DNA from: Candidatus Helarchaeota archaeon
Lineage (GTDB): Archaea; Asgardarchaeota; Lokiarchaeia; Helarchaeales; RDOG01
Direction: 5' to 3'
Assembly (NCBI GenBank): GCA_019058315.1
Contig: JAHPZH010000001.1
Span: forward strand, 1,137,432 to 1,201,431
Length of the DNA stretch: 64,000 nucleotides
The position numbers were made by a program, and so were the translations under genes. This document shows, in pieces, positions 41,719 through 51,717 of the stretch. The notes under the pieces are model-generated. The model ran no database searches, had not been told where the DNA came from, and saw nothing but the letters and a program-made list of their open reading frames with translations. Positions within the stretch are counted from its first letter, which is position 1. The number at the start of each line of letters is the position of its first letter.

Positions 41719-42426
41719 TCAACGCCTTTTTAAAATCCAAATCAGAACCGCTGTTGCTATCGGAAATATTATAATGAACAGTATGAACCAATCTACATAA
41801 GAACTCGCTGATTGCCCTACCGAATGTTCAAAGAATGCCCAATTTCCAAGAACATTAAATGTAGTGAAAATTAAAAATATATTCTGGTTAGGTAAAAATG
41901 TATCTAAAAGAAACATTTGAGTACTTAAGCTCCTTAAATGCCATTGCGCATCGATTGTTATAATAAATACGGCTATAAAAGTTGATACTACTGCCCCAAC
42001 TACAGTAAAAGCAATGAATCCAACTAATAATAATGGACTTATGTCTGTTTCACCAATAAGATATCCCATTATACCGCCAAGGATTAAAAACATGAAGAAA
42101 AATCCCAAGAACCACAAGAAATAACTAGAGGGAGATTGACCATAGATAGCATGTTCCACTTCTCTCATATTCCCTATTAAAGTTATAAATATGGTTTTAT
42201 TAAATGTTAAGTCTCTTGGAATTATAAATGGGTCAGTTTCACCCAAGCCATCATAATATGTAAGACGGCATGATTCAATTGCAGCTGCTTGTGTAACTCT
42301 TTGTCCAAAATGCCATTGTGAATCCATAGTGATGATTTGAACAGTAGCAAGTGTCATCGTTAGTGCACCAATAAAAACAAATAATGTAATACCTATACCT
42401 CTTAGTCCAGCCATTTTTTTCACCAA
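41719..42426 (-). CDS. Hypothetical membrane protein with internal duplication
   Basis: ITMDSQWH..EHAIYGQSPSSYFLWF recurs as ITIDAQWH..EHSVGQSASSYVDWF. Confidence 0.7.
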   Translation of the reverse strand: MVKKMAGLRGIGITLFVFIGALTMTLATVQIITMDSQWHFGQRVTQAAAIESCRLTYYDGLGETDPFIIPRDLTFNKTIFITLIGNMREVEHAIYGQSPSSYFLWFLGFFFMFLILGGIMGYLIGETDISPLLLVGFIAFTVVGAVVSTFIAVFIITIDAQWHLRSLSTQMFLLDTFLPNQNIFLIFTTFNVLGNWAFFEHSVGQSASSYVDWFILFIIIFPIATAVLIWILKRR

Positions 42427-42863
42427 ATTTTTTCTTTTTTTAATATAATAGAATTAATGATATTTAATTTTTAAAACTTATAATTTTAAGTTTTTAAAAA
42501 ATATATTGAATGAGATTTATATAATTAATTATTTAGAAAATAGTATTTTAATTAAGGAATTATCTGGAAATTAATTATAACATAATATTTTTAACATCTT
42601 GCTTACGATAAAATTTGACTTTTCAATTACTTAAAAAAATTTTCTAAATTAGATTAATAAAATCATAATTCTTACCTCCCAATACAATATGCATTACCAG
42701 TTGCCATAATAATATCATAAAAATTCTTATGATTACTGTTCTTATTAAGTTTATTAAATTAATAAATTTTAAAAAAACACACAATAACTATTTATATATT
42801 AATCAGAAATTATTTTAAAGCGTTGAAATTGGGAAATTAGGTTAAAAATGACAAAAAATAGAG

Positions 42864-43997
42864 TTGGAAAAGTGGATTAAAATGAAAAAAGATTTAATTG
42901 AGTCTTGTGTTGATTATTTAGAGAATTTTCACAGAGTATCAGGTCCAGAAACTCCGAATTTCGATGATTGGAGGGTTACTCCTTTCCCATTTTCAATAGA
43001 TAATGTTCATCCGCTAACTAAGTCAATATGTGATAGAAAAATTGGGTTTGTTGATGGAGGAAATTTTGAAATTTTTAAGTCAGCATCCTTTTGTATCCAT
43101 TTAATAAGAGTTTTTTTTAGTATTTTTAAAGGAAAGAAGCGATTAAAACCAAAAAAAGTTCCTGGAATTGTGGAATTTTATGTCGTAACCATAACAACAG
43201 TCAATGCACTTGGAGAATTAATATACAAATCAAAAATATTCCCATTTAAAGATGATTTTTTAGATTTTATCCCAGATGATTCAAAATTAATGATAAAACA
43301 AAATGATAAGACAATTAGAATAGGAAAATTTCGTCCTAATATTGAAATAATGGGTGCAGTTGGCCGTCAATTTGCAGAATGGAAAATGACTGAGAAAAGT
43401 ATTGAACTCGAGTTAGATTCTGGAGATATTTTTGTCAGAGATGGTTCCTTACAGACAGGTTATAAAGGAGAGTTTCATTTTTCTAATAAAGCATATGAGC
43501 AAGCATTGAAAAAGAATGTGTATTTAACTGCATTAGCTAAAACAAGCCGACTTTTAACAAATTTAGGACGAAGTGTTTCTTCTGTAATTTGGCGTTTTGG
43601 ACAAAAAAAATGTTCTGATCAAGCTTGGTATTATTATCCGATCGCAGATATCCGAAATCCAGACCATAAGGCTGAAATGTATCATGTCAAATTTCATGCA
43701 TCAGCCTCACGTTCATTCAGGTTTGAAATTTACAAAAAACAAGCAAAAGAAATGTCAATTTCTGAAAAAGAATTAATTTTTAAGAATATTATGGCAAATT
43801 CGAATGATATTGGATTTATAGGTTATCCCTTTGGTCTAATTGATGTAGATAAATTTTCACATGTAAGTAAAAAAGAAAAACCTTATCATAACACTTTATT
43901 TATTTCTGAAATATCTAAGAGAGAAAATTTTCAAGATTTTATTGATGAAGTTAGAGGAATTGATGCTCATGACATTATTAATAAGTTGAGGTGGTAA
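42864..43997 (+). CDS. nurA: NurA 5'-3' nuclease
   Basis: FVDGG, VRDGSL, ALAKTS and GYPFGLIDVD motifs; first gene of the operon. Confidence 0.88.
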   Translation: MEKWIKMKKDLIESCVDYLENFHRVSGPETPNFDDWRVTPFPFSIDNVHPLTKSICDRKIGFVDGGNFEIFKSASFCIHLIRVFFSIFKGKKRLKPKKVPGIVEFYVVTITTVNALGELIYKSKIFPFKDDFLDFIPDDSKLMIKQNDKTIRIGKFRPNIEIMGAVGRQFAEWKMTEKSIELELDSGDIFVRDGSLQTGYKGEFHFSNKAYEQALKKNVYLTALAKTSRLLTNLGRSVSSVIWRFGQKKCSDQAWYYYPIADIRNPDHKAEMYHVKFHASASRSFRFEIYKKQAKEMSISEKELIFKNIMANSNDIGFIGYPFGLIDVDKFSHVSKKEKPYHNTLFISEISKRENFQDFIDEVRGIDAHDIINKLRW

Positions 43998-43998
43998 T

Positions 43999-45594
43999 AT
44001 GACAGAAGAAGAAAATAAACTTGAAGAAGCAATTGTAGGACAAATTGTTTCAGGAAAATTTGGTGAAATTTTTGTAAGACAAAAGAAAGAGAAAGTAATT
44101 GAACTGGGAGAGCTTTTAAAAATTAAACACGAGAATGGTTATGGATTATTCCAAGTAACGCAGTTGTATTTCGGAAGTCAAATTCCAAATGACACCCTAG
44201 AATTAATGGCAGGATTGAATTTAGAGGGTAAGGGGACTAATCTGGAATTTTATGAACCCGAAATTAGAAATTATGTTTTAGCAGAAGTTAAAGGGTTATT
44301 AAACATAACGGAAATTGATGATAAAAAACAAATTGCTTTACCAAAAACCCTACCCGAATTTTTTTCTGGGATTCAAAAAATTACAGAGGACGATTTAGAT
44401 TTCATTAAACCACCAGAAAATCCAATCTATCTAGGGAAAGTCAGATCAGGTTCTAAAATTTTAAATATTGATTTAAGTTTATCAGCGCAAGATGTCCTAA
44501 AGCATCATATTTTAATTCCAGCCACTACAGGAAGGGGAAAAAGTAACCTTGTAAAAGTAATGTCTTCCAGTGTCATCAAAGATACTAGCTGTGGAATGTT
44601 GATATTAGATCCTCATAATGAATATTTTGGAGTTAATGATATTGGATTAAAGGATATTAAAAATGTAAAAGATTATTTGAGTTATTATACTCCAAGAGCT
44701 GGGGCTATACCAGGAGCTAATACTTTAGTAATTAATACAAATGATATTAAAGCGAGGCATATAAATCAAGTTTTAAATCTAACAGGTCCCCAAAAGGATG
44801 CAATTTTTAGCTATGAAACTAGATATAGAACTAACTGGTTAGATACATTAATGCAAGAGGAACAACCAACAATTAATGCCATTCAACCTATTACTTTGCA
44901 TGTTACACAAAGAAAAATAGGGCTTCTTCTAAATATTTCAAGATTCGATGTTGGTGGAACTATTCAAATCAATTATAACGGAATATTTCAAAAAACAAGA
45001 GGCCATGCCACAATCAACACTATTTTAAAAGAAATTGAAGAGGGTAAAACCGTTATTATAGATACTTCAACTCTTGGAGGTAATATTGAGCTCTTTGTTA
45101 ATACAATAATAGTCGAAAAAATATTTTCGGCATATCGTAATTATAAAATGGAAGGAAAATTGGATGATAAACCAGTGGTATCTATTGTGATTGAAGAGGC
45201 ACCTAGAGTAATTGGAAAAACAGTACTTGAAAATAGAGAAAATGTGTTTGGAACAATAGCAAAAGAGGGAAGAAAATTTAAAGTAGGATTAATTGCTATT
45301 ACTCAATTACCAAGTGTTATAGCACGAGAAATTCTTGCGAATATGAACACAAAAATTATACTTGGAAATGAAATGGGACCCGAACGGCATGCTATTATTG
45401 AGAGTGCAGCACAAGATTTATCTAAAGATTCTCAGGCAATCGCAAGTTTAGATATTGGAGAAGCAATTATAACCTCAAACTTCACAAAATTTGCAATTCC
45501 AATAAAAATTCCAATTTTTTTAGACTTCATCAAGGGAATTAATGGAGAAGATAGTAAAAAGAAAATAAAAAAGAGTTATCCTGGTGTAAATTAA
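43999..45594 (+). CDS. herA: HerA helicase/translocase
   Basis: HAS-barrel N-terminus, [18 protein letters not shown] and EGRKF..ITQ.P. Confidence 0.92.
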   Translation: MTEEENKLEEAIVGQIVSGKFGEIFVRQKKEKVIELGELLKIKHENGYGLFQVTQLYFGSQIPNDTLELMAGLNLEGKGTNLEFYEPEIRNYVLAEVKGLLNITEIDDKKQIALPKTLPEFFSGIQKITEDDLDFIKPPENPIYLGKVRSGSKILNIDLSLSAQDVLKHHILIPATTGRGKSNLVKVMSSSVIKDTSCGMLILDPHNEYFGVNDIGLKDIKNVKDYLSYYTPRAGAIPGANTLVINTNDIKARHINQVLNLTGPQKDAIFSYETRYRTNWLDTLMQEEQPTINAIQPITLHVTQRKIGLLLNISRFDVGGTIQINYNGIFQKTRGHATINTILKEIEEGKTVIIDTSTLGGNIELFVNTIIVEKIFSAYRNYKMEGKLDDKPVVSIVIEEAPRVIGKTVLENRENVFGTIAKEGRKFKVGLIAITQLPSVIAREILANMNTKIILGNEMGPERHAIIESAAQDLSKDSQAIASLDIGEAIITSNFTKFAIPIKIPIFLDFIKGINGEDSKKKIKKSYPGVN

Positions 45595-45673
45595 AAGTTT
45601 TATTCAAATATTAAAAAGAGTAATAATTTTTTTAAGATTTCAGATAATAGAAGAGACCAGTTGGTAATATAAT

Positions 45674-46945
45674 ATGAAATTTGCCCATATAGCTGATTGT
45701 CACTTAGGTTGTTGGCGAGATGCGGATATAAATAAACTATCTATGGATAATTTTGAAAATATTATAATAGATTGTATCAATGAAAAAGTAGACTTTATAA
45801 TAATTGCAGGGGACATATTTGAAACTAGTTATCCACCTTTAGCAATATTGACTTCAGCAGCTAAAATCTTTAGAAAACTAAAAGACGCAAAAATACCCGT
45901 CTACGTAATTTCAGGTAGTCACGACTCTTCTCCAACCGATAATACAATTCTAAATGTTTTTACTGAAGCTGGATTATTATTAAATGTCATGAAAGCAAGT
46001 TGGGATAAAAATGGAAAGATAAATTTGGTTTTTACTGAAGATCCTAAAACAAAAATAAAAATAACTGGAATTTTAGGTAGAAAAAGAGGCTTAGAAGCAT
46101 CAATTTATGAAGATTTAGAGCGAAAATCATTAGAGAATGAACCAGGATTCAAAATTTTCTTACTTCATACCGCAATATCTGAATTAAAGCCTAAATATTA
46201 TAAAGAAGAATCATCTCCCCAATCTTTAATCCCTCAAAATTTTCAATATTATGCAGCAGGGCATATTCATCAAGTTATTCCTTCATTTGAGATAAATGAA
46301 GAGAAAATACTTAAATCCGAGATTCTATATCCAGGTCCAACTTTTCCCACAGATTTTGAAGAAATGGAAAAGAATATTGGAGGTGGTTATTTTATAGTTG
46401 AACCAATTAATTCTAAAGTGAAAGTAAATTGGAGAAAATCCATAAATTATAAAGTAATTTCATTTAAATTTGATGCCGAAAATAAAAATTTGGCTCAAGT
46501 TACTAAAGAACTTGATAAATTTATTAAAGAGAATGATTTTAATGATAAGATCGTAACAATTAGAATATTTGGGGAATTAAAATCGGGAAATACAATTGAT
46601 CTTAATTTAAATGAATATATTTCTCAAATGAGAGAAAAAGGAGCTAAATCAGTTTTAAAAAATACAATAAAATTCTCCTCAAAAGATTTCGAAATAGGAC
46701 GTCCACCAGTAGGAAATTCAAGAGAAGAAATTGAACAAATTTTTTTCAAAGAAAATCTTAATACAGGAATAGTTAGTGACTGGACTGAACAAATGGAGAT
46801 GAAAATTGCTAAAGAAATCTTGAAGAAAATCAGCATTTCAAAGGATATGGGAGAAAAAGTCAAGGATTATGATGCAAAAATAAGTAATTCATTATTAAGT
46901 TTATTTGGATTAAAAAAAGAATGGGAGGAATTCGATGATAATTAA
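45674..46945 (+). CDS. mre11: Mre11 nuclease
   Basis: ADCHLG, AGDIF, GSHD, LLH and AGHIH phosphoesterase motifs. Confidence 0.92.
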   Translation: MKFAHIADCHLGCWRDADINKLSMDNFENIIIDCINEKVDFIIIAGDIFETSYPPLAILTSAAKIFRKLKDAKIPVYVISGSHDSSPTDNTILNVFTEAGLLLNVMKASWDKNGKINLVFTEDPKTKIKITGILGRKRGLEASIYEDLERKSLENEPGFKIFLLHTAISELKPKYYKEESSPQSLIPQNFQYYAAGHIHQVIPSFEINEEKILKSEILYPGPTFPTDFEEMEKNIGGGYFIVEPINSKVKVNWRKSINYKVISFKFDAENKNLAQVTKELDKFIKENDFNDKIVTIRIFGELKSGNTIDLNLNEYISQMREKGAKSVLKNTIKFSSKDFEIGRPPVGNSREEIEQIFFKENLNTGIVSDWTEQMEMKIAKEILKKISISKDMGEKVKDYDAKISNSLLSLFGLKKEWEEFDDN

Positions 46946-48965
46946 AAGAATTCAATTGGAAAATATAAGAAGTTATATCGGCTTAGATTTGAAATTTCCA
47001 ATTGATTCAATTCTATTATGGGGGGATATTGGCTCAGGGAAGTCTACTATCTTAATGTCAATAGCTTTTGCATTATTTGGATTTCATAATAATATTAGTG
47101 GTAATACATTACTTCGTCATGGTAAAAATAATGGAAAAGTAAGATTGACTTTTCAAATAGAAGATAAGGAAATTATTATTGAAAGAACCTTAAAGCGCTC
47201 AAAAACGTCCATTAATCAAGATAAAGGTAAAATAAGAGTAAACAGTACAGAATCTGAGAAATCTCCAAGAGAAATAAAAGCAAACGTATTAAATTTGATA
47301 GGATATCCTGATGATTTATTAAATAAAAAAGAATTATCGATCTTTCAATATACTGTTTATACTCCTCAAGAAGAAATTAAGAAAATTCTTTATGATTCTG
47401 CTGATAATAGACTTCAGGTTTTAAAAAACGTCTTTGAGATAGAAAAATATAAGCGAATCCAAAATAATATTTCGAATTTTATTACTCAAATTAATTCTAA
47501 AAATAGATATCTTAAAGGACTTACAAGTGACTTATCAGACAAAAAAATTCAGCTAGATGAATTAGATAAAGATATTATTCAGAAAACTAAAGAATTAAGG
47601 ATAAAAACTTCTGAATTGAATATTTTAACGAACCAGAAAAAAACGAAAAAGGCTGAGCTTAAAGAGGTCATGGATAAATTTAATGAATTTAGCGACATAA
47701 AGGAAGATCTGGCTAAGAAGAGCGCTTTTGCTTCTTCATCTAAAAAAAGTATGGATAAGTTAAATAAATCCATAGATAATACAAGAAGTAAAATTGACGA
47801 ACTCAATAATAAAATTGGTAAATTTGTTAATTTAAAACCACCTACAGAATTAAATCTTAATCAATTAACTAAAAAGAAAAAATCCTTAGAATCTGAGATT
47901 TCGAAAGAGAGGAAAAATGAGGGTAGAATATCAACAAGAATTGAACAACTTGAGAGGATTTTAGAGGATAAAATATGTGAAGTTTGTGAACAAGAAGTCC
48001 AAGATGTTGAAAAATTTGAACATAGAATTTTGGATTATAAAAAGTCTCTTAATAAATTAATAGAAGAATTAAATAAAAATGAGGAAGAAAAAAAAGAAAC
48101 TGATTCAATAATTACAAAATTGACAGATTATACAAGTGCTCTAGAGAGGAATAAGATTTTCATTAACCAATTAGATGAAAAAAAAGAAGAATTTGAGAAT
48201 CTAAATGGGGATATTGATAATGAAATCGAAGTTTTTGATAAATTAACTAAAGAAATCGCTGAATTAGATGAAGTACTTGATAAATACAAAGGTATTGAAG
48301 ATGAAAAAAATGTTAAAGAACAAGAACTTGAGCAAATTGAAGATAATTTAAATCAAGTATCTAAAGCAAAATCAGCATTAGAAGCTGATATTAAAACTTT
48401 TGATAGATATAAAACAAATTTAAAGGAAGAAATAGAAAGTAAAGAAAAAGCACAAGAATTTAGCATTAAAATACTTCAAATTAAGGAATGGTTACAACAT
48501 TTATCCGAAGTATTACAAAGTATTGAAAAAGAAGTAATGGTTAATATTTGGAACCAATTTAATACTGCATTTCAAAATTGGTTTAATTTATTAATTGAAG
48601 ATGAATCAATTCAGGTTAAAATTGATGATTCATTTGCACCTGAAATAATCCAAAATGGATATATAACAGATTATGAGCAAAATTTAAGTGGTGGTGAGAA
48701 AACTTCAGTAGCATTAGCGTATAGGCTTGCTCTCAACAGGATTATTAATTTAGAAAATGAACAAATTAAAACTAAGGACCTACTAATATTGGATGAACCT
48801 ACAGATGGTTTTAGTAGTCAACAGCTCCAAAATATTAGGGATATTTTACATAAATTAAATACAAAACAAACAATCATCGTTTCACATGAACCAGAAATTG
48901 AAAGTTTTGTAGCCCATACTATTAAAATTGACAAAAAGAATCATGTATCAAGTGTTATTAAATAA
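46935..48965 (+). CDS. rad50: Rad50 ATPase (short coiled coil)
   Basis: GDIGSGKS, YTPQ, central CEVC zinc hook, LSGGE, LDEPT and VSH. Confidence 0.92.
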   Translation: MIIKRIQLENIRSYIGLDLKFPIDSILLWGDIGSGKSTILMSIAFALFGFHNNISGNTLLRHGKNNGKVRLTFQIEDKEIIIERTLKRSKTSINQDKGKIRVNSTESEKSPREIKANVLNLIGYPDDLLNKKELSIFQYTVYTPQEEIKKILYDSADNRLQVLKNVFEIEKYKRIQNNISNFITQINSKNRYLKGLTSDLSDKKIQLDELDKDIIQKTKELRIKTSELNILTNQKKTKKAELKEVMDKFNEFSDIKEDLAKKSAFASSSKKSMDKLNKSIDNTRSKIDELNNKIGKFVNLKPPTELNLNQLTKKKKSLESEISKERKNEGRISTRIEQLERILEDKICEVCEQEVQDVEKFEHRILDYKKSLNKLIEELNKNEEEKKETDSIITKLTDYTSALERNKIFINQLDEKKEEFENLNGDIDNEIEVFDKLTKEIAELDEVLDKYKGIEDEKNVKEQELEQIEDNLNQVSKAKSALEADIKTFDRYKTNLKEEIESKEKAQEFSIKILQIKEWLQHLSEVLQSIEKEVMVNIWNQFNTAFQNWFNLLIEDESIQVKIDDSFAPEIIQNGYITDYEQNLSGGEKTSVALAYRLALNRIINLENEQIKTKDLLILDEPTDGFSSQQLQNIRDILHKLNTKQTIIVSHEPEIESFVAHTIKIDKKNHVSSVIK

Positions 48966-49006
48966 ATTTTTAGTGTTTAAATCAAATTTCGAAATTTATA
49001 TTAAAA

Positions 49007-49107
49007 GGGTGAGTCTCACCCTCACCGTAAAAGGGGAATGTAGGGAGGAGGGGATTTTAAAAAAGAGTAGTGAGGGGAGACTCCCAATTTCAACAACCCT
49101 ACTACTT
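49007..49107. other. GC-rich structured intergenic element, candidate small RNA
   Basis: GAGTCTCACCCTCAC (49011-49025) pairs with GTGAGGGGAGACTC (49070-49083) with one bulge. Alternative local hairpins and several G-tracts are present in an otherwise very AT-rich gap. Confidence 0.45.
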
Positions 49108-49301
49108 TAATGAAAAAAAATTATTTGAATTCATATTTAAATTTACCTAAAAATTCGAAATTTTTTTTGGATTTTTTAAAGACTTTTATCGGAATTTTTA
49201 ATTTAATTTTAAAATTCTTAAAAAATTTTATCAAAATTACGAGATTTTTTGAATGATTCAAATAATTTTATAAAAAATACAAATCAAATATGTATTAGAA
49301 G

Positions 49302-50180
49302 GTGAACAAAATTAAAGAAGCTAAGCTAATAAGCAAAATGCAGCCAAGAAAAATGCCTCCTGATATAGAATTTGAGTATAAAAATATCAAGGTAGGTAAT
49401 TATAACTTAACTTATTGGGATGAAGGACCAAAAGATAGCTTAACGATTAGTTTTCTTCATGGTTATACGGGAGATATCGATGGATGGTATTATCAAGTTT
49501 CGGAATTTTCAAAAAACTACAGATGTCTGGCACATAATCACAGATGTCATGGGTCTTCCGAATCTAAAAATGAACCTGTAAGTATTAAAGATTTAGCAGA
49601 AGATTTCCTTGAATTATTAGATAAATTAAATATTTTGGAAAAAATTATTGTAAATGGACACTCAATGGGAGGGATGATAGCACAGCGATTTGCATTAGAT
49701 CATCCCGATAGGGTTAAAGCCCTAATTTTAACAGATACAGCTCCAAAATTACCTATTGAGGATGAGATGATTGATCAAGTTAAGAATATGGGAGTATATG
49801 AATTAGCAAAAATGATGGAGAAAATGTTTTCAATTCCCGTAAGAAAAAGACCTCCAGAATTACGTGAATACTATAAAAATTTATCTGAGTGGGAAGTAGA
49901 GAAGAAAAAAGACCTCCCTACTTATATGGGCGTTAATTTTTTAAAAGCACTAGGTGATTGGGATGTTGTTGAGCAATTACATGAGATTAAAGTTCCTACC
50001 TTAATAGTATTTGGAGAAAAAGACACATTAACAGATAAAAAGGCATATAGTAATTTATTAAATGAAAAGATTCCAAATTCAATACTTGAAATAATTAAAG
50101 ATGCTGGCCATGGACCTCCTTTGGAACAAACTGATGAATATAATAGAATTATTGGTGAATTTATCAAAAAATACGAGTAA
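49302..50180 (+). CDS. Alpha/beta hydrolase
   Basis: FLHG, GHSMGG nucleophile elbow, GEKD and AGH. Confidence 0.92.
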   Translation: MNKIKEAKLISKMQPRKMPPDIEFEYKNIKVGNYNLTYWDEGPKDSLTISFLHGYTGDIDGWYYQVSEFSKNYRCLAHNHRCHGSSESKNEPVSIKDLAEDFLELLDKLNILEKIIVNGHSMGGMIAQRFALDHPDRVKALILTDTAPKLPIEDEMIDQVKNMGVYELAKMMEKMFSIPVRKRPPELREYYKNLSEWEVEKKKDLPTYMGVNFLKALGDWDVVEQLHEIKVPTLIVFGEKDTLTDKKAYSNLLNEKIPNSILEIIKDAGHGPPLEQTDEYNRIIGEFIKKYE

Positions 50181-50181
50181 T

Positions 50182-51648
50182 TTATTTTTTTTCTTTTTTC
50201 AATTTATTCTGATAGTACTGATACATTTTAGATAGAACATTTGCTGCGGTTTCTGGTTGTGAATATATTACAATTTGCTTTTTGTACTCTTCTTGAACCT
50301 CTTCTGAAGATAGCGCGACTGCAACAATGGGTTTTTTACCAATATCAACTAATTTTTTAATATTTTTAACAAAACGCATATCTGTTTTTTCAAATTCTTT
50401 AATTAGCACTTGTAAATCTTCTTCAGGAATATTTACAATTTGTTGATATTTTTTTAAATTTTCAAATGCTAACCCAGTTAACACACCAAGCACTACGATT
50501 CCATCCATTCCAGAATCAGATAGAATTTTTAAGCTTTTTAATTGATTTCTACGATCTAATGTACCCACGAGATCAATGGGATTACTTTTTGACCAATATG
50601 GTGGCAAAATCTTATTTAAATCTTCAATAGCCACCTCTGAAAGTGGTGGAACTTCGAGGCCAACTTGCATTAAATGGTCTGCGCACACTACAGCCCATCC
50701 TCCACCCCAGCTTAAAATTCCTATTCTTTTTCCTTTAAGAGGAGGTAATTTACTGAAAGCTTTTGCAAGATCTAATAATTCTAAACTCGTGCTAGCTTCA
50801 ATAACTCCTGCTTGCTTGAACATAGATTGAATAATTACCCAAGAACCTGCAATAGAGCCTGTGTGAGAGTGGGCAGCTTTAGAGCCTGCAGCAGTTTTTC
50901 CAGCCTTATAAACAATAATTGGTTTATGAGGAGTTATCTTTTTGGCAACCTCTAAGAATTTTTTTCCATCTCTTAGTCCTTCAATATAACATAAAATTAC
51001 TTTTGTATCTGGATCTTGACCTAAATATTCGAGATAATCTTCCGTTCGCAACATAATTTCATTTCCAGAGCTGACAAATTTTGAAAATCCAATTCCTTGC
51101 ATTTCTCCTAAAGACATCAATTGGGTACCAAGATTTCCAGATTGTGAAATAAATCCTATATTTCCGGGGATAGGGTTAATAGGAGGCATTAATCCGTAAA
51201 ATTTATGGTGGGGATTACATATACCCATAGTATTTGGTCCTATAATTTGAATCTTATAATTATTAGCAATTTTAATAACCTCTTTTTCCAAATCTCTACC
51301 ATCATGACCTATTTCGCTAAAACCACCCGCAATTATGACACAAGATTTAACACCAGCTTCACCACATTCTTCTAAAACATTAAAAATCTTTGTAGATGGC
51401 AAAGCAACATAAACCAGATCAATAATGCCTCTAATATCTTTAATACTTGGAAAAGAGCGAATACCATAAATTCTTTTATGTTTCGGATTTACAAGAAATA
51501 ATTTTTCCTTGTAACCTCCAATCACTATATTAGCAGCTATAATTGCCCCCCATTTCATAAAGTTGGGACTAACACCAATAATTGCAACATTTTTTGGTGT
51601 AAAAACTGAAGAAAAATCGAGTTTCCAATTAACCAAATTTAACACCAT
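50182..51648 (-). CDS. acdA: ADP-forming acetate/acyl-CoA ligase alpha subunit
   Basis: IIGPNTMG, SQSG, SHTGSIAG (phospho-His) and NPIDL. Confidence 0.88.
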   Translation of the reverse strand: MVLNLVNWKLDFSSVFTPKNVAIIGVSPNFMKWGAIIAANIVIGGYKEKLFLVNPKHKRIYGIRSFPSIKDIRGIIDLVYVALPSTKIFNVLEECGEAGVKSCVIIAGGFSEIGHDGRDLEKEVIKIANNYKIQIIGPNTMGICNPHHKFYGLMPPINPIPGNIGFISQSGNLGTQLMSLGEMQGIGFSKFVSSGNEIMLRTEDYLEYLGQDPDTKVILCYIEGLRDGKKFLEVAKKITPHKPIIVYKAGKTAAGSKAAHSHTGSIAGSWVIIQSMFKQAGVIEASTSLELLDLAKAFSKLPPLKGKRIGILSWGGGWAVVCADHLMQVGLEVPPLSEVAIEDLNKILPPYWSKSNPIDLVGTLDRRNQLKSLKILSDSGMDGIVVLGVLTGLAFENLKKYQQIVNIPEEDLQVLIKEFEKTDMRFVKNIKKLVDIGKKPIVAVALSSEEVQEEYKKQIVIYSQPETAANVLSKMYQYYQNKLKKEKK

Positions 51649-51717
51649 AAATTCATAGCTGTTGACTAAAGAATTATTTCCAAGATTTAAGTTAAATTCA
51701 GATTAATCACTTATATT

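Noticed and set aside
42427-42863. Long AT-rich intergenic region as a possible replication origin or ncRNA
   Set aside because: I found no ORB-like repeats, no adjacent cdc6/orc1 and no structure. It is consistent with a divergent promoter region.
48928-49110. 60-aa ORF after rad50
   Set aside because: It overlaps the rad50 end and has no motif; the region is better explained as a structured non-coding element.
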